A DNA stretch of 64,000 nt from a candidate division WOR-3 bacterium (GCA_039804105.1 JBDRZU010000001.1:928001-992000); one strand, 5' to 3'. Positions 17,843-28,951 are shown, counted from the first letter of the stretch. The notes: generated by a model not told the origin, from the letters alone. Translations and numbers: made by a program.

Positions 17843-18328
17843 TTAAAATTCTTTTCTTATTCTATCTATAAAGTTTTTCAAATTCATCACTACAAGAGAA
17901 TCTTTACATTCTTCTTCAGAAAATGTTGTTGAAAAAATTTTTTCAGTTAAAATGTTTTCTCTAAGATTAGAAATCTGGTATTCTGTGGCCAAAGAATACT
18001 TATAACTTTTTATGTTTCCATCATCGTTGTATTCATACACTTTTTTTGAATAATCTTTAATAGTAATGTTTAAACTATCATTTTCTTTCGTCTGAACAAT
18101 TTTTACATTTGCATAAACTGGAAAGATTTCAAAGATCTTGTTGTAAAATTTTTCTTCAAAATCAAGATAGTAAGTTCTGTTTTCTATTTTTTCCAAAACA
18201 ATTTTATCAAAAGGCAAACTTCCTTTTACAAACGAATAGATGCAACCTTCTACACTAATCAGAAATAGTATAGTTATTAAAAAGATACCTTTTGATTTTT
18301 TTCGTTGTTGTTTTAGGAAATTCTTCAT
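17843..18328 (-). CDS. LptE-like lipoprotein
   Basis: VEG-C-IYSF lipobox, IENRT, ITIKDY; size about 160 aa. Start uncertain. Confidence 0.55.
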   Translation of the reverse strand: MKNFLKQQRKKSKGIFLITILFLISVEGCIYSFVKGSLPFDKIVLEKIENRTYYLDFEEKFYNKIFEIFPVYANVKIVQTKENDSLNITIKDYSKKVYEYNDDGNIKSYKYSLATEYQISNLRENILTEKIFSTTFSEEECKDSLVVMNLKNFIDRIRKEF

Positions 18329-19976
18329 ATCTAATATCAAAATTTTTCACTCTTTTATAATCAGCAAGATTTTCACATATTTTTGCTATCTCTTTCCCTA
18401 TTATCTCTTTTAACTCTTTATGCCCTTCCTCTTCTGAAAGATTTTTTTTCATAACACTTTCGATAAGTTCAGGATTCGGATAAACAACAGCACCAACTTC
18501 TTCTCTTCCAGTTTTTTTATTTATCACAGGCAATACCAGAACTTCTTCAATAAGTTCACTTTCTGCAAGCATTTCTTCAATCTCTTCAGGATATACATTT
18601 TTCCCTGCTTCAGTTACTATTATTGATTTTTTTCTTCCTGAAATATAAAGATAACCTTCTTTATCCTTATACCCAATATCACCCGTATAAAACCATCCAT
18701 CTTTTATAACAGCATCGGTTGCAGATTGGTTGTTGTAATAACCTTTCATAACGATTGGGCCTCTGATTTTCAGTTCACCTTCTCCATTTTCATTCGGATT
18801 ATCTATTTCAACTTCAACTCCCTCTATTGGAATACCAATAGAACGATGTTTGTATTTATGTAAAGGATTTACTGAAACAACTGGAGAGGTCTCAGTAAGA
18901 CCATATCCTTGAACAAGCAAAAATCCAAATGATTCAAAACTTTCAGCGACTTCTGGTTTTAATGCAGCACCACCCGAAATCATTAACCTTATAGTTGAAA
19001 GTCCAGATTTTTCCCTCAAAGATTTAAAAATTGGACTTCCAAGTTTTATGTTAAGTAAAAATTTTGAACCTTTTTCAATAGCAAGCATTCCGTTGACTAT
19101 AGTATTTGTTACGGGAGATTTTTTGATCGCTCGTTTTATTCCAAGGATTATTTTTTCAAAAAGAAGAGGAACACCAAGCATAATTGTTGATTGTGAATCT
19201 TTGATATCCTCTAAAATTTCGTTTGGTTTTAAAGATCTCGCATATGTTATCGTGCAACCATTATACAACGGTAATAAAAAACCCGCTGTTGCCTCAAATG
19301 TGTGGTGAAGAGGAAGAACTGATATGAATCTGTCATTCTCTTTTACCTCTATGAGTTTTGCACTGTATATGATATCATAACTTACATTCCTGCTTGTTAA
19401 CATAACTCCCTTTGATTGTCCTGTTGTACCCGATGTAAAAATTATAACATACGGATCATCAAGAGAAACTTTTACATCCTTGTATCTGTGAGAACCTGAT
19501 TCAACAAGTTTTCTTCCTTCTTCAAGTGCAACATAAAAAGATGTTTCGTGGGTATGCTCGACTTCATCCATTGAAATAACATGCTTTAAATTTGGAAGCG
19601 AATCCTTTATCTCATTTATAAGATCTAAATATCTCGGAGATACAAAAATCCCTTTTGCTCCAATGTAATGCAGTATCATCTTTATCTCTTTTTCTTTTAA
19701 CATCGAATCAATTGGAATTACATAAGCACCAGTTCTTGCTATAGAAAGATAGGAAACTGCCCACTCAGGTCGATTCTCCCCAAGTACAGCAAAAGCATCT
19801 CCTCTTTTGACACCAAGATGTAAAAGGTACTCAGCAAGTTTTTTTGTCATATCGTTCAACTGCTCATAAGTTATCGATTTGAAAGTATATCCTGATTTTA
19901 TCTGTAAAGCGATTTTACTTCCAAATTTTCTTGCAGAAATTTCTGGAATATCCTTGATTAAAAATAGATCTTCCAT
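18255..19976 (-). CDS. Long-chain acyl-CoA synthetase (AMP-binding)
   Basis: FTSGTTGQSKG, LPLHH, GYGLTETSP, TGDIG and GRKK..GKNVYPEEIE motifs. Confidence 0.92.
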   Translation of the reverse strand: MEDLFLIKDIPEISARKFGSKIALQIKSGYTFKSITYEQLNDMTKKLAEYLLHLGVKRGDAFAVLGENRPEWAVSYLSIARTGAYVIPIDSMLKEKEIKMILHYIGAKGIFVSPRYLDLINEIKDSLPNLKHVISMDEVEHTHETSFYVALEEGRKLVESGSHRYKDVKVSLDDPYVIIFTSGTTGQSKGVMLTSRNVSYDIIYSAKLIEVKENDRFISVLPLHHTFEATAGFLLPLYNGCTITYARSLKPNEILEDIKDSQSTIMLGVPLLFEKIILGIKRAIKKSPVTNTIVNGMLAIEKGSKFLLNIKLGSPIFKSLREKSGLSTIRLMISGGAALKPEVAESFESFGFLLVQGYGLTETSPVVSVNPLHKYKHRSIGIPIEGVEVEIDNPNENGEGELKIRGPIVMKGYYNNQSATDAVIKDGWFYTGDIGYKDKEGYLYISGRKKSIIVTEAGKNVYPEEIEEMLAESELIEEVLVLPVINKKTGREEVGAVVYPNPELIESVMKKNLSEEEGHKELKEIIGKEIAKICENLADYKRVKNFDIRYEEFPKTTTKKIKRYLFNNYTISD

Positions 19977-19985
19977 CAAAGCTCC

Positions 19986-20579
19986 TTATTCGTTAACATC
20001 TATAAGTTCCCATTCTGAATAGTTACCGTTTGTGTATTCCAACCTTTTGTATACTAAACCTTTTGAAATCGACCAATAAAGGTAACCATAGTAATCATCT
20101 TCCATAATTTTCACTTTAACAACATCTTTAAAGGTTCCTGCACTCACTTCAACAGTTGTATCAATTGCAGCGATTTTTCGAGTTTCTGATTTATATGGCC
20201 AGGAGTTATCAATTTTAACTGGAGTTTCAAGATACACTTCCTCTTCTGAAAAACCGGAAAAATACTCATCCTTTCCATAAAAGATTAAATTTTCGTCTTT
20301 GTCAATCACCAAAAATCTTGTTTGACCATCATCATTTATCGTGTAAACCTTTCTGTCGGTTTTCTCGGTAAAATCAATTATTTTCCATTCATAATTGTCT
20401 GTTGTGGTATAGTTTATCGCTGAAATATAAGTTGTAAACTTGTAATAGTAAGTCATATCCTCTTTTAAACTGGATGACCAATCATAAATATTATTAGCAT
20501 CTTTAACCCATGGCAGAAGTGTGCAACTTGATACGATTAAAGCAACAAGAAAAATGAAAAAAGAAAATTTTTTAACCAT
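19986..20579 (-). CDS. Hypothetical lipoprotein
   Basis: VSS-C lipobox; VEVSAGTF..GLV motif. Confidence 0.7.
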   Translation of the reverse strand: MVKKFSFFIFLVALIVSSCTLLPWVKDANNIYDWSSSLKEDMTYYYKFTTYISAINYTTTDNYEWKIIDFTEKTDRKVYTINDDGQTRFLVIDKDENLIFYGKDEYFSGFSEEEVYLETPVKIDNSWPYKSETRKIAAIDTTVEVSAGTFKDVVKVKIMEDDYYGYLYWSISKGLVYKRLEYTNGNYSEWELIDVNE

Positions 20580-20587
20580 TTTACCTC

Positions 20588-21754
20588 CTAATACATATCT
20601 GTTATCTCACAGCCCCTTTTAATTATCTCTTGAGCGATAACAAGCCGTTGTATCTGATTGGTCCCTTCATATATTTGTGTTATTTTTGCATCTCTCATCA
20701 TCTTTTCAACAGGATACTCTTTTATATATCCATAACCACCAAAAACCTGAACTGCATCAGTAGTAACTTCCATAGCAACATCCGAACAGAAAGTTTTTAC
20801 CATAGAACCAACTCTTGCGATATCCTTTCCACCACCATCAACATATCTTGCGGATGTGTATGTTAACGCTCTTGCTGCTTCGATCTTTATCGCCATATTT
20901 GCTATCATATTTTGAACCATCTGGAATGAGATGATTTTTTGTCCAAACTGAACTCTCTGTTGAGCATAGTTAACAGATTCTTCGTATGCACCCTGTGCTA
21001 TACCAAGTGCCTGAGCACCAACTCCGATTCTTGAATAATCAAGTGTCTTCATTGCAACTTTAAATCCCTGTCCTTCACCTCCAAGAATATTCTCCTTTGG
21101 AACCTTACAGTTATCAAATACAAGTTCAACAGTTGCAGATGCTCTTATACCCATCTTGTTTTCATGTTTTCCAAAAGTAAACCCTTTCTCTCCTTTTTCA
21201 ACTATGAATGCTGTTAATCCTCTTATCCCTTTTTCCGGGTTTGCATTCGCTATAATTACATATATATCGGCAACCTCACCATTTGTAATAAATTGCTTTG
21301 TGCCTGTCAAATAAAAATAATCGCCATCCTTTTTTGCAACAGTTTTTATGTTTGATGCATCACTTCCAGCGTCTGGTTCAGTTAAACCAAAAGCAGCAAG
21401 TTTTTCTCCGGATGCTATCTGTGGTAAATATTTTTTCTTCTGCTCTTCGTTTCCAAACAGTATTATAGGCATAGTTCCAAGACCTGTTCCAGCATATCCT
21501 AATGCTATACCAGCACAAACTCTTGATAATTCTTCTGTCGCTATAGACATTCCAGTGATTCCAAGACCCATACCTTCATATTCTTCAGGTATAAAAACTC
21601 TGAAAAGATCTGATTTCGCAAGGTATTCCATTATTTCATAAGGAAATTTTGCTGTTTCATCATATTCCTGTCTTACTGGTTTTATCTTTTCTTCTGCGAT
21701 CTGTCTTGAAAGATTCTTCACTTCAAGAAGTTCTTCTGATAATAAAAGATGCAT
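20588..21754 (-). CDS. Acyl-CoA dehydrogenase (short/branched-chain type)
   Basis: FGLTEPDAGSD, KQFITNG, KMGIRAS, FGGYGY and QIYEGTNQIQR motifs. Confidence 0.95.
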   Translation of the reverse strand: MHLLLSEELLEVKNLSRQIAEEKIKPVRQEYDETAKFPYEIMEYLAKSDLFRVFIPEEYEGMGLGITGMSIATEELSRVCAGIALGYAGTGLGTMPIILFGNEEQKKKYLPQIASGEKLAAFGLTEPDAGSDASNIKTVAKKDGDYFYLTGTKQFITNGEVADIYVIIANANPEKGIRGLTAFIVEKGEKGFTFGKHENKMGIRASATVELVFDNCKVPKENILGGEGQGFKVAMKTLDYSRIGVGAQALGIAQGAYEESVNYAQQRVQFGQKIISFQMVQNMIANMAIKIEAARALTYTSARYVDGGGKDIARVGSMVKTFCSDVAMEVTTDAVQVFGGYGYIKEYPVEKMMRDAKITQIYEGTNQIQRLVIAQEIIKRGCEITDMY

Positions 21755-21769
21755 CAAACCTCCTATATG

Positions 21770-22174
21770 TTATTTTCTATTCTTTTCAAACCAATCTTTT
21801 AAATAATCTATCACTTCTTTCGTTTGACTGCCCGGACCGAAAAGTTTTCCAACACCCATTTTTTCAAGTTCTTCCATATCTTCTTTAGGTATAATACCAC
21901 CACCAAAAAGAAGTATATCATCCCTTTTGTTCTCTCTCAAAAGTTTTAGGACTTTTGGAAAAATTGTCATATGTGCACCTGAAAGAATCGAAAGTCCAAC
22001 AGCATCAACATCTTCATCGATTGCGGTTTTTACTATTTTTTCAGGTGTTTGATGTAATCCTGTATATATAACTTCCATTCCAGCATCTGATAATGCTGAT
22101 GCAATTACTTTTGCTCCCCTATCATGTCCATCAAGTCCAGGTTTTGCAACAAGAACTTTTATTTTTCTTTCCAT
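21770..22174 (-). CDS. Acyl-CoA mutase cobalamin-binding small subunit (MCM C-terminal / IcmB-like)
   Basis: [11 protein letters not shown] (DxHxxG), GLSILSGAH and GGGIIP motifs. Confidence 0.93.
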   Translation of the reverse strand: MERKIKVLVAKPGLDGHDRGAKVIASALSDAGMEVIYTGLHQTPEKIVKTAIDEDVDAVGLSILSGAHMTIFPKVLKLLRENKRDDILLFGGGIIPKEDMEELEKMGVGKLFGPGSQTKEVIDYLKDWFEKNRK

Positions 22175-23115
22175 ATATCCTCCAAACTTTTCAGATCAAT
22201 TTTTCTAAAGATTTTTTCAGATATTTCATAAGGTGAAATATCTCTATCTTTTGTATTTTCTATAATTTTTAACTCCCTGTCAATACTTTTTATGAACATA
22301 TCCCTTAAAATATCTCTCACCTCTTTATTTTTTCTTGTTTTTCTTTTTCTTTCAACTATTCCATTTTCCATAAACATTTTTTTTACCCGTTCAATCTCCT
22401 CAACAAGTTTATCAATATTATGATCATCTTTTGCTGAAACATTTATAACAGGCGGAATAATCTCCTTATCTCTGGTTTTCATTTGTAAAATCGATTTTAG
22501 ATATTCTGATGTTTTTTCTGCACCTTCTCTATCAGATTTGTTAACAACAAAAATATCACCTATCTCCATGATTCCTGCTTTCATTGCTTGAATAGAATCC
22601 CCTGATTCTGGAACAAGCACCACCATGACAAGATCTGTGATCTCCATAACATCAAGTTCAGATTGTCCAACACCAACAGTTTCAACAAGTATCAAATCTG
22701 TTCCAAAGATTTCCAGAACCTGTAAAATGTTTTCAGTTGAAGATGACAATCCACCAAGAGAACCTCTTGATGCCACGGACCTCATATAAACATTATCAAA
22801 TTTATACAGGTTATCCATCCTTAACCTATCACCAAGTATTGCTCCTCCAGTAAATGGGCTTGATGGATCTACTGCTAAAACCGACAAATGATTATATCTT
22901 TTAGCAAACCTTTCAACAAGTTTGTTAACCAGAGTTGATTTACCTACTCCAGGTGGACCTGTGATTCCAATTCTAAAACTTTCTTTTCTTTCTTTATAAT
23001 ATCTTTTCAAAAATTCGATTCCCTCAGGAGTTTCGTTGTCAACGAGTGTGATAATTTTTGCAAGCGTAACCCTATCTTTTTCTTTGAGTTTTTTCAAAAG
23101 ATTTTCGATCTCCAT
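22159..23115 (-). CDS. meaB: Mutase-associated GTPase MeaB/ArgK
   Basis: [40 protein letters not shown] and NKSD motifs. Confidence 0.95.
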   Translation of the reverse strand: MEIENLLKKLKEKDRVTLAKIITLVDNETPEGIEFLKRYYKERKESFRIGITGPPGVGKSTLVNKLVERFAKRYNHLSVLAVDPSSPFTGGAILGDRLRMDNLYKFDNVYMRSVASRGSLGGLSSSTENILQVLEIFGTDLILVETVGVGQSELDVMEITDLVMVVLVPESGDSIQAMKAGIMEIGDIFVVNKSDREGAEKTSEYLKSILQMKTRDKEIIPPVINVSAKDDHNIDKLVEEIERVKKMFMENGIVERKRKTRKNKEVRDILRDMFIKSIDRELKIIENTKDRDISPYEISEKIFRKIDLKSLEDIWKEK

Positions 23116-23630
23116 CAGAATTCGATTCCTTCTCTGGCATTAACACCTTTTTTAAAATAATGTTTGATCTCCTTCATCTCAGTTACAAGATCAGCATTCT
23201 CTATAATCTTCTTCGTTGCACCTCTTCCAGTTAAAACGAGTTCCACATCACTTGGTTTATTTTTCATAATTTCAACAATAATATTCTCATCAACCATTTT
23301 AAATAGAACCGTTACAAGGATTTCATCGAGTATAACAATATCATAAAGTCCTGAAAAAATAATTTCCTTACTTTTTTCAATACCCTTGTTTACAAGATCT
23401 ATCTCTTCAGTTTTGAGATTTTTGGGATCTATAAAATAAGGGAAACCAAATTGAAGAAAAGTTATTTCTTTTGAAAGTAACAGGTATTCTCCATAGGTTT
23501 CACTTTTTTTTAAAAATTGAACGATTGCTACTTTCTTACCTTTTCCCAAAGCTCTTATTGCAAGACCTAAAGCAGCTGTAGTTTTCCCTTTACCATCCCC
23601 AGTATAAACCTGTATATATCCTTTTTCCAT
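23115..23630 (-). CDS. cobO: Cob(I)alamin adenosyltransferase CobO/BtuR
   Basis: VYTGDGKGKTTAALG, QFLK, LDE, LTGR and AREGIEF motifs. Confidence 0.93.
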   Translation of the reverse strand: MEKGYIQVYTGDGKGKTTAALGLAIRALGKGKKVAIVQFLKKSETYGEYLLLSKEITFLQFGFPYFIDPKNLKTEEIDLVNKGIEKSKEIIFSGLYDIVILDEILVTVLFKMVDENIIVEIMKNKPSDVELVLTGRGATKKIIENADLVTEMKEIKHYFKKGVNAREGIEF

Positions 23631-23639
23631 TTTTTTATA

Positions 23640-23882
23640 TTATAGTTCATCTATTGGGACACCAAGTTGTGTTGATGATTCAAGGTATGGTGAAAATTCA
23701 AGGATGAAATCCATAGCTTTCTCTTCGTTTGGTGCTTCAAAGATGAGATAGAAATCTGGTTTTCCAAACATCTGAAGGAAATGGAGTATTTTGATATCAT
23801 CCGGTGGAGTTATCTTTTTTACAAGTTCTAAAGCTTTATCTGTATTACCTGGTATTATTTCAAGTGTTGAAACAAAAATCAT
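23640..23882 (-). CDS. Small ferredoxin-like fold protein (GYD/DUF3303-like)
   Basis: GKPDFYLIFEAPNEE motif; ATGA-coupled to gcvPA. Confidence 0.55.
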   Translation of the reverse strand: MIFVSTLEIIPGNTDKALELVKKITPPDDIKILHFLQMFGKPDFYLIFEAPNEEKAMDFILEFSPYLESSTQLGVPIDEL

Positions 23883-25219
23883 ATTACCTCTTTTAAATTT
23901 TTTATCAAAAGATCTATATCCTCTTTACTCCTTTTTTCAGTTGAAGCGATTAGAAGAACATCTTTGTAATCTTTTGAAAATTTTTCAAGGTTTACACCTA
24001 TAAGAAATCCTCTTTCTTTCATCTTTTTGTAAATTTCGTTTAAACCGTGTATTCTTACTGGAAATTCATTGAAGAACTCTTTTTTATCATATAGAATTTC
24101 TACACCTTTCACCTCTTTTAATCTTTCTTTCAAATAATGTGCTGAAAGTAAAGAATCTGTGCTGACCTTTTTCAAACCTTTTTTACCAAGTGATGAAAGG
24201 TAAACTGTTGCCATAAGCATACAGAGCCCTTCGTTCGTGCATATGTTGGAAGTTGCTTTTTCTCTTTTGATGTGTTGTTCCCTTGTTTGAAGTGTCATAA
24301 CAAAAGATTCTTTTCCATTTTTATCCTTTGTTCTTGCGATTATTCTTCCTGGCATATTTCTGATATACTCCTTCTTGCTTGTAAATATACCAAGAAGTGG
24401 TCCACCAAAACTCTGCTCTATTCCAAACACCTGCCCTTCTCCTATAGCGATATCTGCTCCCATATCACCTGCTGGCTTTAAAATCGGTAGAGTCATCGGA
24501 TTCTGGTTCACTATAAACATAACACCTTTTTCTTTAACAATTTTTCCAATCCTTTCTCCATCCTCAATCAATCCAAAAAAGTTTGGTGTTTGCAAAACAA
24601 AAGCAGCATAGGAATCATCAAGTTTTTTTTCAAGTTGTTCTATGTCAAGTGTTCCATCTTTCAGATCAACAAAATCACAATGTATATTCTGTCCTTTAAG
24701 GTAGGTATGAATAACTTCAAGAATTTTTACATTCAATCCTTTTGAAATTAAAACTTTTTCTTTACCCTTAATCGACATTGCCATATGACACGCTTCTGCA
24801 GTTGCTGTTGCTCCATCATACATCGATGCGTTTGCAACATCCATCTTAAAAAGTTCACAAACCATCGACTGATATTCATAAATCGATTGTAATGTTCCCT
24901 GAGAAACTTCAGGTTGATATGGAGTATATGCTGTGTAGAATTCAGGCCTTGAAATTATATGTTTTATAACTGGTGGTATATAATGATCATATATCCCACA
25001 TCCCATAAAGGAAATATAATCTTCTGTTGTTTTGTTCTTTTCGGCAATCTTTTTCACATTTTTCAGAAGTTGATATTCAGATATTCCTTGATCAAGTTCT
25101 TTGAGCTCACTCCTTAGATTTTCTGGAATATGTTTTATCAATTCATCAAAACTTTTTACACCGATCTCATTTAAAAGTTCTTTTTTCTTTTTTTCATCTG
25201 AAGGTATATACTTTTTCAT
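23879..25219 (-). CDS. gcvPA: Glycine dehydrogenase subunit 1
   Basis: YTAYTPYQPEVSQG, NASMYDGATA and REQHIKREKATSNICTN motifs. Confidence 0.95.
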   Translation of the reverse strand: MKKYIPSDEKKKKELLNEIGVKSFDELIKHIPENLRSELKELDQGISEYQLLKNVKKIAEKNKTTEDYISFMGCGIYDHYIPPVIKHIISRPEFYTAYTPYQPEVSQGTLQSIYEYQSMVCELFKMDVANASMYDGATATAEACHMAMSIKGKEKVLISKGLNVKILEVIHTYLKGQNIHCDFVDLKDGTLDIEQLEKKLDDSYAAFVLQTPNFFGLIEDGERIGKIVKEKGVMFIVNQNPMTLPILKPAGDMGADIAIGEGQVFGIEQSFGGPLLGIFTSKKEYIRNMPGRIIARTKDKNGKESFVMTLQTREQHIKREKATSNICTNEGLCMLMATVYLSSLGKKGLKKVSTDSLLSAHYLKERLKEVKGVEILYDKKEFFNEFPVRIHGLNEIYKKMKERGFLIGVNLEKFSKDYKDVLLIASTEKRSKEDIDLLIKNLKEVI

Positions 25220-25228
25220 AATATCCTC

Positions 25229-25618
25229 TTAATGATGGCTTTCCTCACAATGTTTTTCGTATTCTTTACTTCCCATTAGATTGTTCAACTCATCAAGATT
25301 TTCTGGTTTTATTTTCACGATCCATCCTTCTCCATAGGGATCCTCATTTATTTTGTTTGGAGAATCATTTAAATTTTTATTGACATCAATTATTTCACCG
25401 GAAACACCAGCGATAAGATCTGAAACAGCTTTTACCGCTTCTATCGTACCAATAACATCTCCCGCTTTGACCTTTCTTCCAACTTCAGGAAGTTCGACAA
25501 AAGCGATATCTGAAAGTTCTGATTGTGCAAAATCTGTTATTCCTTCAACACATATTCCATTTTCAACTCTGATCCATTCGTGAGTTTTCGTATATTTGAG
25601 ATCATCAAGAAGTTTCAT
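25229..25618 (-). CDS. gcvH: Glycine cleavage H protein
   Basis: THEW, GITDFAQ, IEAVKA (lipoyl Lys) and DPYGEGW motifs. Confidence 0.95.
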   Translation of the reverse strand: MKLLDDLKYTKTHEWIRVENGICVEGITDFAQSELSDIAFVELPEVGRKVKAGDVIGTIEAVKAVSDLIAGVSGEIIDVNKNLNDSPNKINEDPYGEGWIVKIKPENLDELNNLMGSKEYEKHCEESHH

Positions 25619-25626
25619 ATATCCTC

Positions 25627-26715
25627 CTATTTGTGTGTTCCATTCTTATAAAATGGTGGTTTGACTATAAGTGCTTTTTTCATTCCTCTTATGTCTATCT
25701 CGATTTCCTGTCCTATCTTTGTAAATGGAAGGTTAACATACCCAAGACCAATATACTTATCTATCGATGGAGAATAGTTTCCACTTGTTACAAAACCAAC
25801 TTCTTTACCATCAACAAAAATCTTGTAATTATGTCTTGGGATACCTTTATCTATCATTTCAAAACAGACAAGTTTTCTTTTTAAGCCATCCTCTTTCTGT
25901 TTTATCAAAGCATCTCTTCCAATAAAATTCCCCTTTTCAAGTTTTACACACCAACCAATTCCAGCCTCGAGTGGAGTTGTATTCTGATCAATGTCATTAC
26001 CATAAAGCATATACCTCATCTCCAATCTTAAAGTGTCCCTTGCTGCAAGCCCTATAGGTTCTATTCCAAACTCTTTACCTGCTTTGAAAATTTCGTTCCA
26101 CATTTTTTCAGCGTTCTCTTTGTAAAAGTAAAGTTCAAATCCATCCTCACCAGTGTAACCTGTTCTGGAAATAACCATGTCTATACCACAGACTTTTGTT
26201 TCAGCAGAATAATAAAATCCCATCTTTTCGAGTGGATAATCTGTAAGTTTCTGGATAACCTTTTCAGCAACAGGACCCTGAACTGCAAGTTGTGCTATTC
26301 TCTCCGAAATGTTTTCAACTTCAACATCATCCCATTTGTTCTTCATGATCCATTCATAATCTTTATCCGTATTCGATGCGTTCACAACAAGCATGATTTC
26401 TTTTTTTAAATTGTAAACAAGAAGATCATCAACTATTCCACCATTCTCATAAAGCATATTAGAATACTGGACCTGATTCTCTTCTAAAGACATAACTGAA
26501 TTTGTTGTTATATAATCTACAAATTCTTTTCTTCTGTCTCCTCTTACAATTATCTCTCCCATATGTGACACATCAAAAACTCCAACTGTCGTCCTAACTT
26601 TTTTGATCTCTTCAATAACTCCTTTAAACTGTACAGGCATTTCATATCCTGCAAAAGGAACAATTTTTCCATTGTTTTTTACATGAAAATTATAAAAAGG
26701 TGTTCGCTTTAACAA
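25627..26715 (-). CDS. gcvT: Glycine cleavage aminomethyltransferase
   Basis: [27 protein letters not shown] and ARDTLRLE motifs. Likely start is TTG 26715 after GGAGGT. Confidence 0.95.
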   Translation of the reverse strand: MLKRTPFYNFHVKNNGKIVPFAGYEMPVQFKGVIEEIKKVRTTVGVFDVSHMGEIIVRGDRRKEFVDYITTNSVMSLEENQVQYSNMLYENGGIVDDLLVYNLKKEIMLVVNASNTDKDYEWIMKNKWDDVEVENISERIAQLAVQGPVAEKVIQKLTDYPLEKMGFYYSAETKVCGIDMVISRTGYTGEDGFELYFYKENAEKMWNEIFKAGKEFGIEPIGLAARDTLRLEMRYMLYGNDIDQNTTPLEAGIGWCVKLEKGNFIGRDALIKQKEDGLKRKLVCFEMIDKGIPRHNYKIFVDGKEVGFVTSGNYSPSIDKYIGLGYVNLPFTKIGQEIEIDIRGMKKALIVKPPFYKNGTHK

Positions 26716-26828
26716 TTTTACCTCCATTGAAAAAATTGAATTTTATTATACAACTTTATTCAAATTATTCAAGGGATAGTAGTTGAAAATTTTTCTGAAA
26801 TTTTTAAAATATAAAAAAGGAGTTTTTA

Positions 26829-28070
26829 ATGAAATTTTTACTTTTAACAATAATCATCCTTAAAAACATTTTCGTTTTGTTTCTTAACATCAAAGAAAAA
26901 ATGTATATACAAAAACATTCAAAAAATATACCTGACCAATTTAAAGATGTTCTCGATGAGAGTAAATTTTCAATCTCAAACAGTTATAATATCGAAAAAT
27001 TAAATTTTTCAAACATTTCTTTGATCTTTTCTCAAACAGTACTATTGATCTTTATTTTCTCACCCCTTCTAAACATTTTTTCGAGTTATTTCGATAATCT
27101 CAACACAAAATATATATTAAAATCATTATCTTTCTTTACTTTTTTAATAATAATATCCCCACTTTTCAATCTACCTTTTGATTTTTACTTTCATTTTAAA
27201 ATCGAAAAAAAATATGGTTTTTTAAAATATAAAATTTTCGGTTGGATAAAGGATAAATTGAAAGAGTTATTGATCAATCTTATTCTTACAAACATTTTTG
27301 TTTTAGTCCTCATAGGAATAGTAGGAAAAAATTTTTATTTTTCTCCTCTAAAAATTTTAAGTGTTACAATTATTTTTGTGTTTCTTTTAGTTTTATTCAC
27401 TTTTATTGTCCCGATCGTTTTGATACCATTTATGTATAAAACTGAAAAACTCAAAGATGAAACACTTATGTCAAAAATCAAAGAACTGATAGAAAGATCA
27501 GGTTACACCTTTGATGGTGTTTATGTAATAAAGGAGAGTGAAAAATCAGCTCATTCGAATGCAATGTTTACAGGTATTGGAATTAAAAAAAGAGTCATTC
27601 TTTTCGACAATCTACTTTCAAAATTTTCTGAAGATGAGATTTTAGGAGTCGTTGCTCATGAAATCGGACATGGGAAACTTGCTCATATACAAAAATTTTT
27701 GATCTTGAACATATTTGTGATTTTCCTTTTCATCGTAGCATCTTTTTCAATACTATCAAACGATTACATATACAACCTTTTTGGTATTCCCACAAACTCA
27801 TTTACAGGGATTTTTATTTTATCGATCCTAACTTCTGAATTGATTCTATATTTTTTTAATCCTTTGTTGAACTCTATTTCAAGAAGGTTTGAATTTGAAG
27901 CAGATAATTTTTCCAAAAATCTGATGCAGGACAATATTCCGCTCACCAAAGCATTGAAAAAACTCGCCTATGAAGAACTCTCCAATATCAATGTCGATCC
28001 TTTTTATGAATTCTTCTATTATTCACATCCAACTCTTGAAAAGAGAATATTGAATTTACAAAAAGATTAA
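26829..28070 (+). CDS. M48 (Ste24-like) membrane metalloprotease
   Basis: SNAMFTG, LFD, AHEIGH, SRRFEFEAD and YSHP motifs. Confidence 0.92.
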   Translation: MKFLLLTIIILKNIFVLFLNIKEKMYIQKHSKNIPDQFKDVLDESKFSISNSYNIEKLNFSNISLIFSQTVLLIFIFSPLLNIFSSYFDNLNTKYILKSLSFFTFLIIISPLFNLPFDFYFHFKIEKKYGFLKYKIFGWIKDKLKELLINLILTNIFVLVLIGIVGKNFYFSPLKILSVTIIFVFLLVLFTFIVPIVLIPFMYKTEKLKDETLMSKIKELIERSGYTFDGVYVIKESEKSAHSNAMFTGIGIKKRVILFDNLLSKFSEDEILGVVAHEIGHGKLAHIQKFLILNIFVIFLFIVASFSILSNDYIYNLFGIPTNSFTGIFILSILTSELILYFFNPLLNSISRRFEFEADNFSKNLMQDNIPLTKALKKLAYEELSNINVDPFYEFFYYSHPTLEKRILNLQKD

Positions 28071-28930
28071 GGACCGACATGTATCATTGGAACATCGTTA
28101 CTGTAATCTTCAAATTTTAAACTGTTCTCCCTCTCAAGTTGAAGAATCGAATAATGTATCATCTCCATTGATGAAAAGAATTTTAGCATTTTGGATGTTT
28201 TTTGATCATCAGCAAAAACTCTTGAAAGTTCCTGATAAAAGTTATGTGCAGCGAGTTCACTTTCCATCGCTTCATAGAGTATATCGCTCAAAGGTTTGTT
28301 TGGAGTTGAAATGTCAACTTTTGGAAGGGGAATTATATCTTCAACAGGTAAAACTATCTCTTTTAGATAAGTTTTTTTATAAAATTCTTCAAAATATTTT
28401 TTATGTTTTTCTTCTTCATTTGCAAGGAATTTTAATCTTTCTTTCAAAAATGCATTTTTTATCCTTTCAGAAAGTTGATTGTATAAAATCATTGAGTCTA
28501 TTTCATTTTTTAATGCGAAAAGGATTAGATCTTCTCTTTTTATCTCATCTAAATTCATCCTTCTCCATAGACCATGTATATTACAGTATGCTCTAACACT
28601 TTTTATTTTATAACTCTTTGATAATGTATAAATTGGTTTTTCATTGATATTGAAAAATTTCTTTATACTTTCTTTATCGGTATTTATTTCGATCCATTCG
28701 ATATGATGTTCTTTTGTCATCGGATGTTCAACTTCACCAACAGATATTTCAAAAAAACCATTTTTTTCTTTTATTAATGGCAAATGTTTTTCCATACCTT
28801 CATCTTTATTTTTCACTTCCTCTTTAAACATAACTTTTCCACAACAAATTATTTCTCCATCTCCTTCTCTTAAAACCTCAACAATATTGTTACACACGGA
28901 ACATCTCAAGATATCTTTTTTTATATTCAT
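28067..28930 (-). CDS. Desulfoferrodoxin (2Fe superoxide reductase) fused to a ferritin-like/rubrerythrin domain
   Basis: CSVC..CC desulforedoxin centre; EKHLP, HPMTKEHHIEW and CNIHGLW; then E..EEEKH and E..MEMIH diiron motifs. Confidence 0.88.
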   Translation of the reverse strand: MNIKKDILRCSVCNNIVEVLREGDGEIICCGKVMFKEEVKNKDEGMEKHLPLIKEKNGFFEISVGEVEHPMTKEHHIEWIEINTDKESIKKFFNINEKPIYTLSKSYKIKSVRAYCNIHGLWRRMNLDEIKREDLILFALKNEIDSMILYNQLSERIKNAFLKERLKFLANEEEKHKKYFEEFYKKTYLKEIVLPVEDIIPLPKVDISTPNKPLSDILYEAMESELAAHNFYQELSRVFADDQKTSKMLKFFSSMEMIHYSILQLERENSLKFEDYSNDVPMIHVGP

Positions 28931-28951
28931 CTCTCCTCCTCTTTTTGATCA

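Noticed and set aside
26716..26828. Glycine riboswitch upstream of gcvT
   Set aside because: The intergenic region is short and AT-rich, with no aptamer-like stems.
28087..28596. Plus-strand 169-aa ORF
   Set aside because: Antisense to the SOR fusion, with no motifs or SD.
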